A stretch of 61,526 bases of DNA, filler included, from Coriobacteriales bacterium (GTDB lineage Bacteria > Actinomycetota > Coriobacteriia > Coriobacteriales > UBA8131), in assembly GCA_031263105.1 (NCBI GenBank). It is 4 parts of 4 records of this genome, joined end to end, with 100 filler letters (N's around TTAATTAATTAA, not from the genome) between each part and the next. Parts side by side here need not be neighbours in the genome. Positions count along the whole stretch, not along the records: positions 57,186 to 61,526 come from JAISGJ010000097.1; 3 more parts are not named here. One strand, given 5' to 3'. The notes beneath the pieces are model-generated. The model worked only from the letters and a program-made list of their open reading frames with translations, did not search any database and was not told the DNA's origin. Position 1 is the first letter of the stretch; every line of letters starts with the position of its first letter. Below are positions 59,498-61,526 of this stretch, piece after piece. Position numbers and translations under genes: made by a program.

Positions 59498-59926
59498 TCA
59501 TACTTGCCTACCGCAATCCCCGTTCCGCCCTTGGGAGAATCCCTCTAAGAACTCATTGGGGGACATGACGTCCGCTCCTTCGGGGAAGTGCCTGGCGTTT
59601 CCCGTTACCAGCACCGCTCCGGCCGTTTTCGCAAGGTCATAGAAGACCTCGTCCTTGGGGTCTCGGCGGAAGTCCGCGCCTTGGGCTGAGGGAACCACGG
59701 AATCGCCCATCCTCCTGAGGTAGGCCATCGTCCCCTCGATCAGGGCCGGATCGAACGAGAACTTCCCTCGGCTCAGGACCTCCGAGTACTCCGAGAGGAC
59801 GTCGTCGCAGACGCAGAGCCCCACGCTCCCTCCCTGGATGAGTGCCAGCAGCCGGGCGGGCCTGCCGTGCGGGTTGAGCAGCGCCGAGACCAGGACGTTG
59901 GTGTCGAGGACCACGCAGGGCGTCAT
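59498..59926 (-). CDS. PIN-domain toxin
   Basis: VVLDTNVLVSALL, EYSEVL.R.KF, DPKDEVF, LVTGNARHFP. Confidence 0.93.
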   Translation of the reverse strand: MTPCVVLDTNVLVSALLNPHGRPARLLALIQGGSVGLCVCDDVLSEYSEVLSRGKFSFDPALIEGTMAYLRRMGDSVVPSAQGADFRRDPKDEVFYDLAKTAGAVLVTGNARHFPEGADVMSPNEFLEGFSQGRNGDCGRQV

Positions 59927-60195
59927 GCGCCGGCCCGGGCGGCCTGTATCTCGGCCTCGATCTCCTCGTCGCTCAGCCTGTCGAGCCCCCGTGCGACGGA
60001 GTCGTTCTGCATCTGCCTGACGCAGTAGCGCCCGTACAGCTCCTGCGCAAGCGAGACCGACTGGTCAATCGGCAGGTCCCTGACGTTGAAGACGAGGTTC
60101 TGCGGCTTCCCGTTGTTGGTTATGAGCACCGGCTCCTTTTGCGTGCAAACGCTCTTGGGGCTCCTGCCCAGCTCGGCAATGGTGTAGGTCTGCAT
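59923..60195 (-). CDS. Phd/YefM-type antitoxin
   Basis: AAGGGAG RBS; PVLITNNGKP, LSDEEIEAEI..AR; ATGA overlap with toxin. Confidence 0.88.
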   Translation of the reverse strand: MQTYTIAELGRSPKSVCTQKEPVLITNNGKPQNLVFNVRDLPIDQSVSLAQELYGRYCVRQMQNDSVARGLDRLSDEEIEAEIQAARAGA

Positions 60196-60359
60196 GGCGG
60201 CTCCCTTCGTTTTACAGGTAATTATACAGTAATTATCCGTAAAATCAACGTGCGCTCGGTTTTCCGAAACGCCGCCCATGCGGTGGATATATAGATTGGT
60301 GTCAGCTTATGTAAGGCACCAGACACCTGTGGCGAGATGCCTACTGCGGCCTGCCCGCC

Positions 60360-60780
60360 GCAGGGTCGCCGGCAAGGCATCCGCGTCAGTGAAGAGGGAC
60401 TACGGGCAGGCCCTCGGCACCCTCGCCAAGGCAACCCGCTCAGGCTACGACTTCCTTGGCTGGTACACCGGCAAGGCCCAGGGCGGCAAGGCCTCCGCCA
60501 CCGCGAAGGTGAGCAAGTCCGTCACCTACTACGCGCACTGGAGGGCCAACGGCCCCGTCGTGACCCTCTTAACGCCAATGGCGGCAAGGTGGGCGGCGCC
60601 GCGACCGCGAGCACGGTGAAGAAGAAGGGCGCGGCCCTCGGCAGGCTCGCGACCCCCACGCTCACAGGCTACGCCTTCCAAGGGTGGTTCACCGGCAAAG
60701 TCAAAGGCAAGAAGGTGACGGCGAGCACGAAGGCCACGAAGGCCATCACGCTCTACGCCCACTGGAAGCGGGCGCGGTAG
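60360..60780 (+). pseudogene. Second headless InlB B-repeat 3' fragment with frameshift
   Basis: Close copy of 58859-about 59215 joined to the last about 70 bp of the first gene; +1 frameshift near 60569. Confidence 0.85.
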
Positions 60781-60830
60781 ATCTGGCAGGTATATCGGTT
60801 GTCACGAGGTGTGCGCGCACGCGCAATACT

Positions 60831-61028
60831 TCAGCAGGTCGTCGCCAGCAATGCGCTGACCTGGTCGTACTCGGCGGCGTATTTCTCTGCTTGCTGCTCG
60901 TGCAGGACCTTGAGGTACTGCAGGCCCACGGCCTTGACCTCTAACGCCTTCTTGGTCGGAACGTCTTCAAGTGCCGTCCAGTCGACCCCAGCCTCAAGTT
61001 CAGCGATTATCTCGTCATATTCCATCAT
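60831..61028 (-). CDS. Small acidic protein, candidate antitoxin
   Basis: Overlaps the end of the upstream toxin-like ORF; GAAAGG RBS. Confidence 0.55.
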   Translation of the reverse strand: MMEYDEIIAELEAGVDWTALEDVPTKKALEVKAVGLQYLKVLHEQQAEKYAAEYDQVSALLATTC

Positions 61029-61260
61029 TGATGCCTTTCTTCGATGGCTTCACCGGCATTGCGTGAAATGCGGTTCTGGTTTGAAAGTCGTAGGCCACTT
61101 CAATCATTTTCCCGTCAGATGCAAACCCGTAGAGGATTATCGCGGTGTGCGACGAGTGGTACTTCATAAACAATAGGTCGGCAATAATGCTGGCAATAGT
61201 CTCTCTGTCAACGCCATGCTTGAAGGCGCTTGCTGTGAAAGATAGGCCTGTATCCGACAT
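61015..61260 (-). CDS. RelE/BrnT-like toxin candidate
   Basis: SAFKHGV, YGFASDGKMIEV, FHAMP pattern; 81 aa; AGGA RBS. Confidence 0.7.
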   Translation of the reverse strand: MSDTGLSFTASAFKHGVDRETIASIIADLLFMKYHSSHTAIILYGFASDGKMIEVAYDFQTRTAFHAMPVKPSKKGINDGI

Positions 61261-61340
61261 ATCATCCTACCGTCTCTCGAAGTCGATACATTTTACCACT
61301 TTTCTTCTCTAGTCCCTGACAGGGTCAAATGAAGGGCACT

Positions 61341-61394
61341 CTGGCCTCCGACACCATCTTCGCCGGGGACAGGCTGAAGATACCGAAGAAGTGA
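61341..61394 (+). pseudogene. LysM-domain C-terminal remnant
   Basis: LASDTIFAGDRLKIPKK* matches the LysM tail pattern; followed by a terminator. Confidence 0.55.
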
Positions 61395-61427
61395 CCTGAA
61401 CCCCTAAAAACTGAATACTTGATAGCT

Positions 61428-61471
61428 GCCCGCAGTCATGGCCTCCGTGGCCGTGTCTGCGGGCCTTTTTT
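61428..61471 (+). terminator. Rho-independent terminator
   Basis: GCCCGCAG...CTGCGGGC stem plus T6. Confidence 0.8.
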
Positions 61472-61483
61472 GTTTTCGGGGAC

Positions 61484-61519
61484 AAAAAAACCGCCCCGTG
61501 CACAGGGCGGCTTATTTTC
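61484..61519 (-). terminator. Rho-independent terminator (possibly bidirectional)
   Basis: A7-CCGCCC-loop-GGGCGG-CTTATTTT. Confidence 0.65.
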
Positions 61520-61526
61520 TAAGAGG

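Overview
High-GC (roughly two-thirds G+C by eye) bacterial DNA whose gene content and order point to Coriobacteriia (Actinomycetota); the taxonomy is an inference. The window is four contigs joined by artificial N-TTAATTAATTAA-N spacers (17162-17261, 39324-39423, 57086-57185), so adjacency across gaps is not evidence. Contig 1: rplS-rnhB-yraN-comM-dprA-trmFO-xerC, then envelope genes (DD-carboxypeptidase, VanW, CDP-alcohol phosphatidyltransferase, DUF3048), paaK/ACT and a LytTR two-component pair. Contig 2: orphan tyrosine recombinase, GntR-SPFH, rsgA, trkH, punA, PadR, two low-GC type II restriction-modification modules, plsC-cmk-aroA-tyrA-hisC-dut-nrdR, a 44-aa membrane ORF behind two LexA boxes that the ORF track missed, and a Tat flavoprotein with a MerR regulator. 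Contig 3: FHA, second ACT/paaK, metA, metY (long leader with a candidate Met leader-peptide attenuator), a hybrid kinase, and an uncharacterised type-IV-filament-like operon (transglutaminase, PilC/GspF, four pilin-like proteins including a DUF4860-like one, single PilT). Contig 4: three toxin-antitoxin modules alternating with headless 3' fragments of surface-protein genes, with abiEii cut by a probable tyrosine-recombinase element end. Nine copies of a modular MITE (GTTAC...GTAAC ends, 8-bp target duplications) lie in intergenic regions. Best candidates for new biology: the DUF4860/PilT operon, the TA/headless-gene array, the Met attenuator, the SOS small protein and the MITE family. Family assignments come from motif recognition only; no searches were run.
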